Shown in pieces: positions 22,943 through 31,378 of a stretch of 62,174 nt of DNA. The position numbers and the translations under genes were made by a program. The stretch's first letter is position 1. The number at the start of each line of letters is the position of its first letter. The DNA is from Patescibacteria group bacterium (GTDB lineage: Bacteria; Patescibacteriota; Microgenomatia; Levybacterales; GWA1-39-11): assembly GCA_035549295.1 (NCBI GenBank), contig DASZRG010000026.1, positions 1 to 62,174 of the forward strand, written 5' to 3'. The notes below the pieces were generated by a model. That model did no database searches, was not told the DNA's origin, and saw nothing but the letters and a program-made list of their open reading frames with translations.

Positions 22943-24529
22943 ATGAAAATTGTGTTTGAAAAGATCATTTCATCAAAAAAAAGGCTTGGACTATTTTTGT
23001 TTGTAGCAACTGCGCTTCTTTCTATCCCCTTCACTCTCTCGCTTCTTGCAAGACAACAAGATCTTCGCCAGCATGCTGATGATGGTGGGTTTGGAGACAT
23101 TTGTCTTGATTGTCAGCTCAATGGTGATGGTGGTGGAAGCCCACCTCTTGGTGGTGGAGGAATTTTTGGTGGCGGTGGAACAGTTGTCGGAGGAGTTGGT
23201 GGCGGTGGAACTCTGACATGTGACCAACTAGCACAACAAAACGGAGCATCATCCATGGCAGCATACTGTTCAGCCAATGGAGGACTTTGTCCAAGTACTG
23301 CAAATGGAACATGCGGGTGCACAAGTTGTGCCGGTGGTACGGGCGGAAGCGCAACAGGAGCCGGCGGCTCTCAACAAAATACAACAGGCGCACTTACAAA
23401 TTGCACAGTAGACAATTCATATATCGCAGTAGATAGTGATGAGCAAAGTGAAGTGGATCTCATAAATCAATACAGACAACAAAATGGCCTACCGGCTCTG
23501 CCACTCTCACTCGCTTTGACTCGCGATGCTGCTTGGATGACCAAGGACATGGGAGATAAAAATTACTTTAGTCATACTGATTCAGCAGGTAGATCTTGGG
23601 ATACTCGTGCATCACAATGTGGCTATCCCGACTTCGCAGCAGATATTCTTGATGCTGGTACCGGCAACATAACCCCTCAATCGACCCTTGTTGATTGGCA
23701 GAACTCTCCAGGACACGACAAAGTCATAAAAGATCATATCGACGGTACTGATACCACTTACGACTGGAAAGCCATAGGAATAGCCCATTACACGGCAAGT
23801 AATGGCCAAACTTATTGGGATGCGGTATTTGGTCTGACAAATGACGGCGGTGTTGTGCCAACAATTGCCGCAACGCCAACACCGACCAATACTCCTACTC
23901 CAACGTCGCATCCGACAGCAACACCAATACCGACTCAGGCCGGACTTTCACCAACACAAAGTCAATCAAACCCAACTGCTACTCCAATCGTCCAACAGTC
24001 GCCAACTGCAACTCCTACTCTTGCTGCAAATTCCAGTGCGATTTCTATTAACTTTACGCTTCCAGGTATTGGCGGTAACCAAAATGCAGGTGAGAATTCC
24101 AATCCAATGTCCTACAATTTACCCACCGAAATTGCAGTATATGATCTGTCGGGAAATAAACTTGCAGACAACAATTTAACCGCATCATACAACTCAACAA
24201 CCTTCATCTACAATCTTCAAGCAGCACTGGGTGCGGCAGCTGGAACTTATGACTTTAAAATAAGAACAGCATCATCTCTTTGGAAAGATATAGGAACAGT
24301 CACGGTATCTGTTGGACAAGTTGCCAATGGTGGAACCGTTGCGCTCATCACGGGTGACCTAACACAAGACAACTCACTTGATCTAGCCGACTATAACGCC
24401 ATTATTTCATGCTATGGCGACAATCCTTGCGCCAACCCTCAAGCCGCAGATCTTAATATGGACGGGATAGTTGATGAACGCGACCTCAACATCTTCTACT
24501 CGGGACTCTCAGCGAGACAGGGAGACTAG
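22943..24529 (+). CDS. Secreted CAP/SCP (PR-1-like) domain protein with Ig-like module and C-terminal dockerin
   Basis: The ATG at 22943 gives MKIVFEKIISSKKRLGLFLF (track ORF begins at 22916). YRQQNGLPAL...FSHTDSAGRSW...WQNSPGHDKVI...GQTYWDAVFG follows the CAP/SCP pattern. C-terminus GDLTQDNSLDLADYNAIISCYG...ADLNMDGIVDERDLNIFY. Confidence 0.8.
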   Translation: MKIVFEKIISSKKRLGLFLFVATALLSIPFTLSLLARQQDLRQHADDGGFGDICLDCQLNGDGGGSPPLGGGGIFGGGGTVVGGVGGGGTLTCDQLAQQNGASSMAAYCSANGGLCPSTANGTCGCTSCAGGTGGSATGAGGSQQNTTGALTNCTVDNSYIAVDSDEQSEVDLINQYRQQNGLPALPLSLALTRDAAWMTKDMGDKNYFSHTDSAGRSWDTRASQCGYPDFAADILDAGTGNITPQSTLVDWQNSPGHDKVIKDHIDGTDTTYDWKAIGIAHYTASNGQTYWDAVFGLTNDGGVVPTIAATPTPTNTPTPTSHPTATPIPTQAGLSPTQSQSNPTATPIVQQSPTATPTLAANSSAISINFTLPGIGGNQNAGENSNPMSYNLPTEIAVYDLSGNKLADNNLTASYNSTTFIYNLQAALGAAAGTYDFKIRTASSLWKDIGTVTVSVGQVANGGTVALITGDLTQDNSLDLADYNAIISCYGDNPCANPQAADLNMDGIVDERDLNIFYSGLSARQGD

Positions 24530-24643
24530 TCATATTAAGTATTAAGCAAAGGGCTTGGCAATTTGTTTTAACTAAAGGCCAAAAGCTAAAAGCCAAACTC
24601 TAGATTTGTAGTATTACCCTCATTTATCGTATAATCCGAGGCT

Positions 24644-25717
24644 ATGACAAATGCAATCGAATCAGATACGAAAACCGCATACGGCATGTACATCTTTGAT
24701 GGAGCTAGAATAGATAATCCTGATCGTTTAGAAAATCAAGAATTATTAACTCTCTGGGATGCAGAGATAGATACAGCTTTTGAAGAACTTTATAGCATGT
24801 ATTCCTCTAAAAAAATCCCACGTCTCATAGATCTACTATCCCATGCTGCTACAAATAAGTCGATTGCCCGAAAAAGAAAGAATTCTTATCCATCCCCAAG
24901 ATCGAGGACAGAATCGCAAGAGAACGAGGCGAGGGAGTTCAAATGGTATGAAAATAGATGGCGACAAATTGAAATGAGAAATATTCTTACTGCTCTAGAT
25001 TGGAAAAACCAAGGTGTTGCTGGAATAAAAGCAAAAATTATACCACCACCTGATCCCACTCACATGCAAGACTCAATCGAAATTAAGTTTGATGTTGGCT
25101 ATGGTGAAAATTATATATCTAAAACCTCGCTGGATGGGTTTGCAAGATACCGATCGAAAGAAGAAATAGAAGATTTAGTCCGCTCTCCTTATGGTAAATA
25201 TATTCTAAATCGACCAAGTATCGATAGAGCTGAATCTCCTTCACCAGAACAATTACTTCATCTCTGGGAATCGGAAATTGGAGAAGCAGAAGACGAAATA
25301 GACTCCATAATAGGAACTCGAAATCTTGCATTTCTTGTTCCTTTGATGAGACACGCTTCAAGAAATACCTCAGAAGCAAGTAGAAATTCTAAAAACCGCC
25401 ACGATCCAAACTCGCCAGACTACGAAATAAGCCGAACGATGCATAGGTATACCAACAAATGGCAGGAAATAAAAATCTTGGCGATGTGCGAAGCTTTGAA
25501 AATGAAAAGAAGAGGAGATGAACGAGTAAAAGTTGCCATAGTACCCGCAAAACAAGGCGCGGAACAATATGGTGATACCCTAGTAGTTGAAATAAGCATG
25601 AATGATGGTCAAAATCCTTACTATACGAACGCATCCTACAAGGAATTAAAGCAAGCTTTAAACTCATCTGATCTAAGTGAATTTGACTCGTACTTCCAAA
25701 GCTCTAATGAAGAATAA
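24644..25717 (+). CDS. Hypothetical cytoplasmic protein made of two tandem copies of a domain of about 165 aa
   Basis: Residues about 12-165 and 183-345 align. For example, LLTLWDAEIDTAFEELYS...RLIDLLSHAATNKS...WRQIEMRNILTAL matches LLHLWESEIGEAEDEIDS...FLVPLMRHASRNTS...WQEIKILAMCEAL. Confidence 0.6.
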   Translation: MTNAIESDTKTAYGMYIFDGARIDNPDRLENQELLTLWDAEIDTAFEELYSMYSSKKIPRLIDLLSHAATNKSIARKRKNSYPSPRSRTESQENEAREFKWYENRWRQIEMRNILTALDWKNQGVAGIKAKIIPPPDPTHMQDSIEIKFDVGYGENYISKTSLDGFARYRSKEEIEDLVRSPYGKYILNRPSIDRAESPSPEQLLHLWESEIGEAEDEIDSIIGTRNLAFLVPLMRHASRNTSEASRNSKNRHDPNSPDYEISRTMHRYTNKWQEIKILAMCEALKMKRRGDERVKVAIVPAKQGAEQYGDTLVVEISMNDGQNPYYTNASYKELKQALNSSDLSEFDSYFQSSNEE

Positions 25718-25783
25718 AGCTTGATTGGACTTATTTGAAGAAAACTCTTTATTGAATCATCTCTTTGAGATATACTTTTAATT

Positions 25784-26593
25784 ATGAATGTTATTCACGC
25801 TGTCATACTCGGGATAGTTGAAGGTATTACGGAATTTCTCCCTATCTCATCCACTGGTCATCTCATACTCGTCTCAAACATATTACAAATTGCGCAAACT
25901 GATTTTGTAAAGACTTTTGAAATAGCCATTCAGTCGGGTGCTATACTCGCTGTTATAGCACTCTACTGGAGACGAATTATGCAAAATGTCCAACTTTTCA
26001 GGCACGTTGTCGTCGCATTCATACCAACAGGGATTGTCGGATTTGTTCTTTATAAATTGATAAAACACTACCTCCTCGGCAACTCAATGGTGGTAGTCGT
26101 ATCACTTCTTGTCGGAGGAGTTGCACTTATTGGTATAGAAATGCTTCTCGCAAAAAAAGCTAAGAAAAAATCCATTCTAGAAGATGGCTCCACCACAAGC
26201 CACACGCCACACGCAACAAGTCCCATGTCTTATGAAAAAGCTGCTATCATCGGACTATTCCAGTCGATCGCAGTAATTCCTGGAGTATCTCGCTCGGCCA
26301 GTACAATAGTTGGCGCGATGCTTCTCGGGGTAGATCGCACAACCGCGACAGAATTTTCATTTCTACTCGCCGTTCCAACAATGCTTGCGGCAACAGCACT
26401 TGATCTAAAAGACTCAAGCTTTTCATTTGGAACCAATGAGTGGATCGCACTTGGAGTAGGTTTTATCGTCGCATTTGCTGTTGCGATAGTTGCTATCAAA
26501 TGGCTCGTGAAATACGTCCAGACACACAATTTCATCGCCTTCGGCATCTACCGCATAATCATCGCGATTATCTTTTCCCTAATCCTAAAGTAA
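25784..26593 (+). CDS. uppP: Undecaprenyl-diphosphatase (BacA/UppP)
   Basis: N-terminal GIVEGITEFLPISSTGHLIL plus PGVSRSASTI; polytopic membrane protein of 269 aa. Confidence 0.9.
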   Translation: MNVIHAVILGIVEGITEFLPISSTGHLILVSNILQIAQTDFVKTFEIAIQSGAILAVIALYWRRIMQNVQLFRHVVVAFIPTGIVGFVLYKLIKHYLLGNSMVVVVSLLVGGVALIGIEMLLAKKAKKKSILEDGSTTSHTPHATSPMSYEKAAIIGLFQSIAVIPGVSRSASTIVGAMLLGVDRTTATEFSFLLAVPTMLAATALDLKDSSFSFGTNEWIALGVGFIVAFAVAIVAIKWLVKYVQTHNFIAFGIYRIIIAIIFSLILK

Positions 26594-26628
26594 ATCACCC
26601 AACAATTTCAATCCGTACCCACTCCACG

Positions 26629-26652
26629 CTTGCCAAGATCAGATCTTGACAG
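26629..26652. terminator. Palindromic hairpin of the CTGCCAAGATCWGATCTTGGCAG family (imperfect copy), downstream of uppP
   Basis: CTTGCCAAGATCAGATCTTGACAG, 36 nt after the uppP stop. Two further copies lie at 27379-27401 and 46645-46667. Confidence 0.5.
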
Positions 26653-26728
26653 GAAAAATGTGGGCCGGAAGTATAGGAAATTAGCTCGTGATACCCTAGT
26701 TTTATGTAATAGCCTAAAACAAAAATCT

Positions 26729-26749
26729 CCCTCTCCTGTTAGGAGAGGG
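26729..26749. terminator. Hairpin CCCTCTCC-TGTTA-GGAGAGGG downstream of the minus-strand gene 26793-27308
   Basis: 8-bp GC-rich stem seen directly, located between convergent gene ends. Confidence 0.4.
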
Positions 26750-26792
26750 TTGGGGTGAGGTAAGGAAATTAATCTGATACTCGTGATACTCT

Positions 26793-27308
26793 TTAAAGAG
26801 TGGCGAGGCCGGTGGGGACTTCAGATCTTCCTGATGCAATTGCTTCTTCAATTCCTGAAAAATCAGGAGCTTGCTGACTCGGCATCCAAGTGTGAGTCAT
26901 CGGGCTATAAAGACTTGCAGATTTAAAAGTGCTGTAATAAGCCCCAATGTTAAAATTCAAATCATCCTCTACTTTCACCCATTTATCATCTATGTTTCTC
27001 TTTACCTCATATGGCGCTTTACCTTTTTGCACTACAACGGCATAGTCACTAAACCGATTGTCTTTATATACTTGGAAATATACTATAGCGAGTGAGGAGT
27101 TTTGTTCGTGAATTGTAATGTAATCACCCTCCACCGACCCGTTAGGATTATATACGTATTTAGAATTGAGGTTGTATCTCATTGCTTGAGAAATTTTTAG
27201 ATTTATCAAATTAGCCCACGAATTGTAGTCATGCGGCCCTATTTCTTCAGGGGCGAGCGACGATAGATATCTCTTGTCTTTAAGTGATTCTAATTCATAC
27301 CTAACCAT
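26793..27308 (-). CDS. Hypothetical protein
   Basis: 171-aa ORF. TGaTATAAT lies 7 nt before the ATG. No family recognised. Confidence 0.6.
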   Translation of the reverse strand: MVRYELESLKDKRYLSSLAPEEIGPHDYNSWANLINLKISQAMRYNLNSKYVYNPNGSVEGDYITIHEQNSSLAIVYFQVYKDNRFSDYAVVVQKGKAPYEVKRNIDDKWVKVEDDLNFNIGAYYSTFKSASLYSPMTHTWMPSQQAPDFSGIEEAIASGRSEVPTGLATL

Positions 27309-27324
27309 GGTAGATATTATATCA
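27309..27324 (-). promoter_or_regulatory. Extended -10 promoter TGaTATAAT placed 7 nt before the ATG at 27308 (predicted leaderless)
   Basis: The minus strand reads TGATATAAT-ATCTACC-ATG. Confidence 0.55.
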
Positions 27325-27378
27325 TATTTAGTCTTATAGTTTTAGTATCCTTGGGGCTGAAGCGACAGGCGAGAAGCC

Positions 27379-27401
27379 CTGCCAAGATCTGATCTTGGCA
27401 G
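27379..27401. terminator. Perfect palindrome CTGCCAAGATC-T-GATCTTGGCAG downstream of the minus-strand gene 27461-28507
   Basis: 11-bp arms seen directly; it lies 60 nt beyond the stop of the surface-protein gene. Confidence 0.5.
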
Positions 27402-27460
27402 CAGGATTAGGCTATGCATATATGCTAATCTATATGGCAGGGATGAACCTTGCCACAAGT

Positions 27461-28507
27461 CTATTCGTCGGAGGATAGGCGGGTGCGTCTTTTGCGCTTG
27501 AATTTACTGAGCAATTTGTCTTTGAGCTCAGGCTTGGCATATGAAATGATCAAAAACAATGCCACCAAGACAATAACTACTGTGCCTACTGCTTCTTCGT
27601 GTCCCTGCAGTTTGTCAAAAATTGAGCCCCCCGCATTCGCGGGCGCGGGCGTTGGCGTGTCGGTAGGAGTGACCTCAGGGGTATCCGTAGGTGCATCTGT
27701 TGGAGTATCATCTACAGACTGAGATGAAACATCACTTGTAGTGTTAGTGGTAATAGGTGCAACGCTCGTGCTACCGGCACCAGGCGAGTTAGATACTTCG
27801 TTTGAATATGGGCCTGGAGTACCACAGCTATTGACCGCCTTTATAGCAAAATAATAGTTCTTCCCAGATGACAACCCTCCCACAGTGTATGACGTGACAT
27901 TTCCAACATTTGGGTTGCCATAGATATACTGCCCTGTTGCTATTCCATATGAGACTAGATAGTAAGAGACAGAGCCTGTTGATGGCGCAGTCCACGTGAG
28001 AGTCAAACCACTAGTACCTGATGTAGTTGGATTGTTGAGCGAGGGTGCGCTCGGTACCGTATCGGAACACGATGGTGTTGGAGTCGGCGTTGACGAGCTT
28101 GTAAACACCACCTGACCAAGAGAGTTAAGAGTTGTGGAGGTAGTGTTGTCCACTACATTGAGTGAATCAGTCCCTACGGTCGTCGAATGGATCGTAAATG
28201 TGGCGAGACCATTGCTGTCAGTCGTTGCCGATGAAGGGCTTATCACTGCTGCACTGTCAGAAGGCGCTATAACAGACACAGAGTCGCCTACAAGAGCATT
28301 TCCAGAGCTGTCGTGAAGTGTCACCTGGATACTAGACGTAGTTGATCCATCAGCCACAACGCTTGATGGGTTGGGTGAAAGCGTTGAGTGGCCAGCATCA
28401 GGCGGACTACCCGCAAGCACCATAGTCGCGGTCATAGTCGACATGAAGAAAAGCGACAAAAGAACGAACAATATTTTTCTTATAATTTCTGGCATATTTA
28501 TGCTCAC
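27461..28507 (-). CDS. Cell-surface protein: signal peptide, Big_1 (invasin-type Ig) domain, fibronectin type III domain, PT-rich linker, C-terminal TM anchor
   Basis: HSTLSPNPSSVVADGSTTSSIQVTLHDSSGNALVGDSV...DSNGLATFTIHSTTVG is Big_1-like. LTLTWTAPSTGSVSYYLVSYG...YTVGGLSSGKNYYFAIKAVNSCG is FN3-like. The C-terminus is VVIVLVALFLIISYA followed by KFKRKRRTR. Start is the GTG at 28507 or the ATG at 28495. Confidence 0.75.
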   Translation of the reverse strand: MSINMPEIIRKILFVLLSLFFMSTMTATMVLAGSPPDAGHSTLSPNPSSVVADGSTTSSIQVTLHDSSGNALVGDSVSVIAPSDSAAVISPSSATTDSNGLATFTIHSTTVGTDSLNVVDNTTSTTLNSLGQVVFTSSSTPTPTPSCSDTVPSAPSLNNPTTSGTSGLTLTWTAPSTGSVSYYLVSYGIATGQYIYGNPNVGNVTSYTVGGLSSGKNYYFAIKAVNSCGTPGPYSNEVSNSPGAGSTSVAPITTNTTSDVSSQSVDDTPTDAPTDTPEVTPTDTPTPAPANAGGSIFDKLQGHEEAVGTVVIVLVALFLIISYAKPELKDKLLSKFKRKRRTRLSSDE

Positions 28508-28617
28508 ACCCTAAATTTATGATAGCAAACTGAAATTCTGCTTGGAGTTTTCCAGCCCCACAACCTCCAAGGAATCTCCTTGTCAGGCACGCGCAGGGAG
28601 TCTCCTTGTCAGTAGGC

Positions 28618-28686
28618 AGGTTAACGGGTTAACGCGTTGCGTGTTAACGAGTTTTTCGCATTTTCATTATTCTTTATTCTTTATTA
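28618..28686. repeat. Composite word element (TTAACGRG array - TTTTCGCATT - TCATTATTC array), copy A
   Basis: AGGTTAACGGGTTAACGCGTTGCGTGTTAACGAGTTTTTCGCATTTTCATTATTCTTTATTCTTTATT. Related copies lie at 39036-39150, 44019-44129 and, inverted, at 35731-35850. Confidence 0.8.
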
Positions 28687-28803
28687 AAAACATAGCTCGT
28701 GATACTCTTGATACCTTTGATACCCGTGATACTTTTAAAATATGTGGGGGCGTTAAGTTGTGATCGAGTCGTAGACTCGACGAAACGGGTGCCCCCGAAC
28801 CCA

Positions 28804-29430
28804 CTAGTTAGTTACTCCGGCATGGCCGAAAGTCAAATCGAGAGGAATTCCTTCACGACATCCTGGACAAGCTTGTGGTCCGGGTTCGTAATTCGGTATC
28901 TCGAAAGTGGCCAGTGCGTAGAGCTCTGGAATATCAACCGCTTCGGCGGTGACATCTCCTCGATTCGCGAGTAGTCCTGCTCCGATAACGGTTGCATTAT
29001 TTGGGAGTGCGGCTTTCAGTCGCTTAAGGGAACCACCCGTTGTGACAATGTCGTCGACGAGAAGCGTCTTGAAACCCGATAGGGCCTCATAGTAACCGCG
29101 ACCGAAATAAAGATCCTGCTTACCAGGCACCTTCTCGGCGTAGTAATTGAAAACCTTTCGGCCTTCCATTCGCGTCAATACGCGTGATATCTCGTAACCC
29201 AAGACGACAGCACCGACAACCGGCGAAACCACTGCCTCAACGCCTCGCCCTAGATACTGCAAGGCAATTTCGTAGCAAAGGTCTTCGACGGCCTTTGGGT
29301 CGGGTGTCACGTAAGACTTTGCAAGGTATCCGAGTGAATGAAGGCCTGACTGAAGCTCAAAATGGCCAGTCAGGACTGCTCCAAGAGAAATGAGGAGTTC
29401 TTTTACCTCATCTCTTGTCATTCGCGGCAT
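28804..29430 (-). CDS. pyrE: Orotate phosphoribosyltransferase-like type I PRTase
   Basis: PRPP loop LLVDDIVTTGGS; N-terminal FELQSGLHS pattern; C-terminal CPGC. AAGGAG lies 7 nt upstream of the ATG. Confidence 0.75.
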   Translation of the reverse strand: MPRMTRDEVKELLISLGAVLTGHFELQSGLHSLGYLAKSYVTPDPKAVEDLCYEIALQYLGRGVEAVVSPVVGAVVLGYEISRVLTRMEGRKVFNYYAEKVPGKQDLYFGRGYYEALSGFKTLLVDDIVTTGGSLKRLKAALPNNATVIGAGLLANRGDVTAEAVDIPELYALATFEIPNYEPGPQACPGCREGIPLDLTFGHAGVTN

Positions 29431-29462
29431 GTGTCAACTCCTTCCTGCGCTGCTTGGTGCGA

Positions 29463-30092
29463 CTAGCGACCGTGGACGATGGCGAAACCACCCCGCCTGA
29501 TAGCTGTTGGATACTGCCTTCTTATAGGCATTCCGGCTTGACAGATTTCACAATCTGTATCCGGGTATTTCTTCACGTCGACCTGCGCCAACGAGAAGAT
29601 CCTGACATCGGACACGGCTGGTAACGGCTCTGCGTTGAGAAGGTAGCCGACGCTGGCAATAGTGCCCCCGTTGTTCGAAACTGGTACATCTGCCTTCTGC
29701 ACCATTGCATCGGGATAAATACCACCGATGAGCGCGATTCGCCCACGAAGGTAATCCTTTTGAGTCTCGTCAACCACCACTCTTCCATTTGGGTAGCCGA
29801 CGTCAATGACATGACCGACGACGAGGTTGGTCTGTCGAGTCCCATACGAGAGACCCAAGGCAACCTCGTAGCCTAATGTTGCGAATTCGGGACTAAAGGC
29901 AAAGACTGTGTCGATCTCGTGACCTTGCAGCCTTTCCTTGAACGCACTTGCCAGTGCTCTGGTATATTGTGGGTAGGCCGAAAGACCTGCCCAATCGAGA
30001 GCCATGTCAGTGTGCTCCATCAAGATGTCGAAGTGATCACGTAGGATCACCCCACACTTCTTGAGAATATCGACTACTTCGTCGCTTTCCAA
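29463..30092 (-). CDS. PRTase-fold paralogue with a degenerate PRPP-binding loop
   Basis: Same length class and same C-terminal CxxC (CEICQAGMP) as the neighbouring PRTase. The PRPP-loop position reads IALIGGIYPDAMV instead of VDDxxTTG. TTG start with AGGAGGAG 6 nt upstream, overlapping the pyrF-like stop. Confidence 0.55.
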   Translation of the reverse strand: MESDEVVDILKKCGVILRDHFDILMEHTDMALDWAGLSAYPQYTRALASAFKERLQGHEIDTVFAFSPEFATLGYEVALGLSYGTRQTNLVVGHVIDVGYPNGRVVVDETQKDYLRGRIALIGGIYPDAMVQKADVPVSNNGGTIASVGYLLNAEPLPAVSDVRIFSLAQVDVKKYPDTDCEICQAGMPIRRQYPTAIRRGGFAIVHGR

Positions 30093-30104
30093 AACTGTCT
30101 CCTC

Positions 30105-30929
30105 CTACGCTGCTTTCAGCGACTGTTCAATATCCTCGATGATGAGTTCCAGTGCTCGCTCAGACGAGCCAATCCTGAGGATCGGACTTCCGTCCTTGGC
30201 GTCGTACTCCTCAGGAGGACGCGTGATGGCGCGGCCGATAACGACAAAGACTGCCCCATTGCTGATTGCAATTCCCGGCGTATCGCCGCGATCCGCGTTC
30301 TGATCCCCTCTTGGAAACCAGACCGGGTATGAATTGGGGCATACTGGCATAAGCCTTGGAATGATTCCGTGTTCTTTCAGTGCCTCCAATTCTCCCGGAG
30401 CACAGACGAGACCATCAAAGCGCGCTTGGATTAGACCCCCAGCAAGCTCTACTACCGCTTCTTCGGCTGTCGCGCCAAAGACTCGATTACAGTCAGCTGG
30501 ATCCATGTCGGTGAGCGCGGTCACGCCGATTTTCAGCGCGCCGTTGTCAATTGCGGCTACCTGCTTGAGAGTGTTCATGCTATTTGAAGCATGAATCGTC
30601 ATCATGCGAGCCTGAATACCTGCCAGACTCTTGATCGACTCGACGACGGTGTTCGCGATATCGTGCTCTTTGATGTCAAGCATGACTTGATTGCCCATCA
30701 GGGCAAAAAGCTCTGCGAGCTGATCGTTGAAACTATCACGTTCGTACCTGGATGCAGCATCCTGCGCTGACGCATTGACAGCAAAGGTCCTCTCGATAAG
30801 CTGCCTTCCTTGCTTGAAGCCACAGTCGTAATGACCAAGACGCTTGACAATGTCTATCGCCTTTGAGGGGTGATCGACATCGAGCGCCGTGATAACTCGC
30901 TGTGCTGCAGTAAGATTTGCAACGTCCAT
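30105..30929 (-). CDS. pyrF: Orotidine-5'-phosphate decarboxylase family protein
   Basis: ITALDVD, GFKQG, the signature MLDIKEHDIANT (D-x-K-x-x-D-I-x-N-T) and VVIGRAITRP. Confidence 0.75.
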   Translation of the reverse strand: MDVANLTAAQRVITALDVDHPSKAIDIVKRLGHYDCGFKQGRQLIERTFAVNASAQDAASRYERDSFNDQLAELFALMGNQVMLDIKEHDIANTVVESIKSLAGIQARMMTIHASNSMNTLKQVAAIDNGALKIGVTALTDMDPADCNRVFGATAEEAVVELAGGLIQARFDGLVCAPGELEALKEHGIIPRLMPVCPNSYPVWFPRGDQNADRGDTPGIAISNGAVFVVIGRAITRPPEEYDAKDGSPILRIGSSERALELIIEDIEQSLKAA

Positions 30930-31086
30930 TGTTTGTTCCCTAACTCCTTAAAGTGCTAAAAAACTTACACAGTAAACCCTGTGCTGGCTGATGGGAATTA
31001 TACAATTGACAACTGACAATTGACAACTGACAGGGAAGTAAAAGGTATCAAAAGTATCAAAGGTACCAGAAGTATCAAGGGGGTTT

Positions 31087-31165
31087 ATATATTAAATATT
31101 ATAGATTAGATATTATATAAACTTGGAATTTTTATAATATGTAATATGCAATATATAATATGTAG
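31087..31165. repeat. AT-rich word element, copy 2 (see 13296-13372)
   Basis: TATATTAAATATTATAGATTAGATATTATATAAACTTGGAATTTTTATAATATGTAATATGCAATATATAATATGTAG. About 80 nt, closely similar to 13296-13372. Confidence 0.8.
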
Positions 31166-31378
31166 AAATTGGCCTCAAGAATGGAAGATCTGATGGGGTT
31201 TGACCGTATTTGAGCATGCTAATTTATGCCAATTTTTGGTGCGAATTAATGCAAAAATGCATCGTCATTCTGAACTCGCTTCAGAAGCTCATGTTGAGGT
31301 CCTGAAATAAATTCAGGACGACAATTAATCAATCTGGGAGATTCTAGTTTCTAGTCTCTAATATCTAGTATCTAATTA

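Larger units (their letters stand above)
28770..30950. other. Compositionally distinct islet 2: higher GC, Shine-Dalgarno-led three-gene operon (pyrF-like, degenerate PRTase, pyrE-like)
   Basis: A hand count of one line gives about 57% GC. AAGGAG or AGGAGG ribosome-binding sites precede the genes, and the genes are tightly coupled. Confidence 0.6.

Noticed and set aside
27461-28507. The Big_1/FN3 anchored protein as the cohesin partner of the dockerin proteins
   Set aside because: Its domains read as invasin-type Ig and FN3, not cohesin. Proximity alone is insufficient, so it is left only as a test suggestion.
28542-28974. Track ORFs 28542-28763 and 28699-28974; similarly 35587-35817, 38099-38461 and 44076-44426
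   Set aside because: They run through spacer word repeats (giving peptides such as LFILHYSLFI or IKSIKGIKSI) or lie antisense to the pyrE-like gene. They have no independent support.
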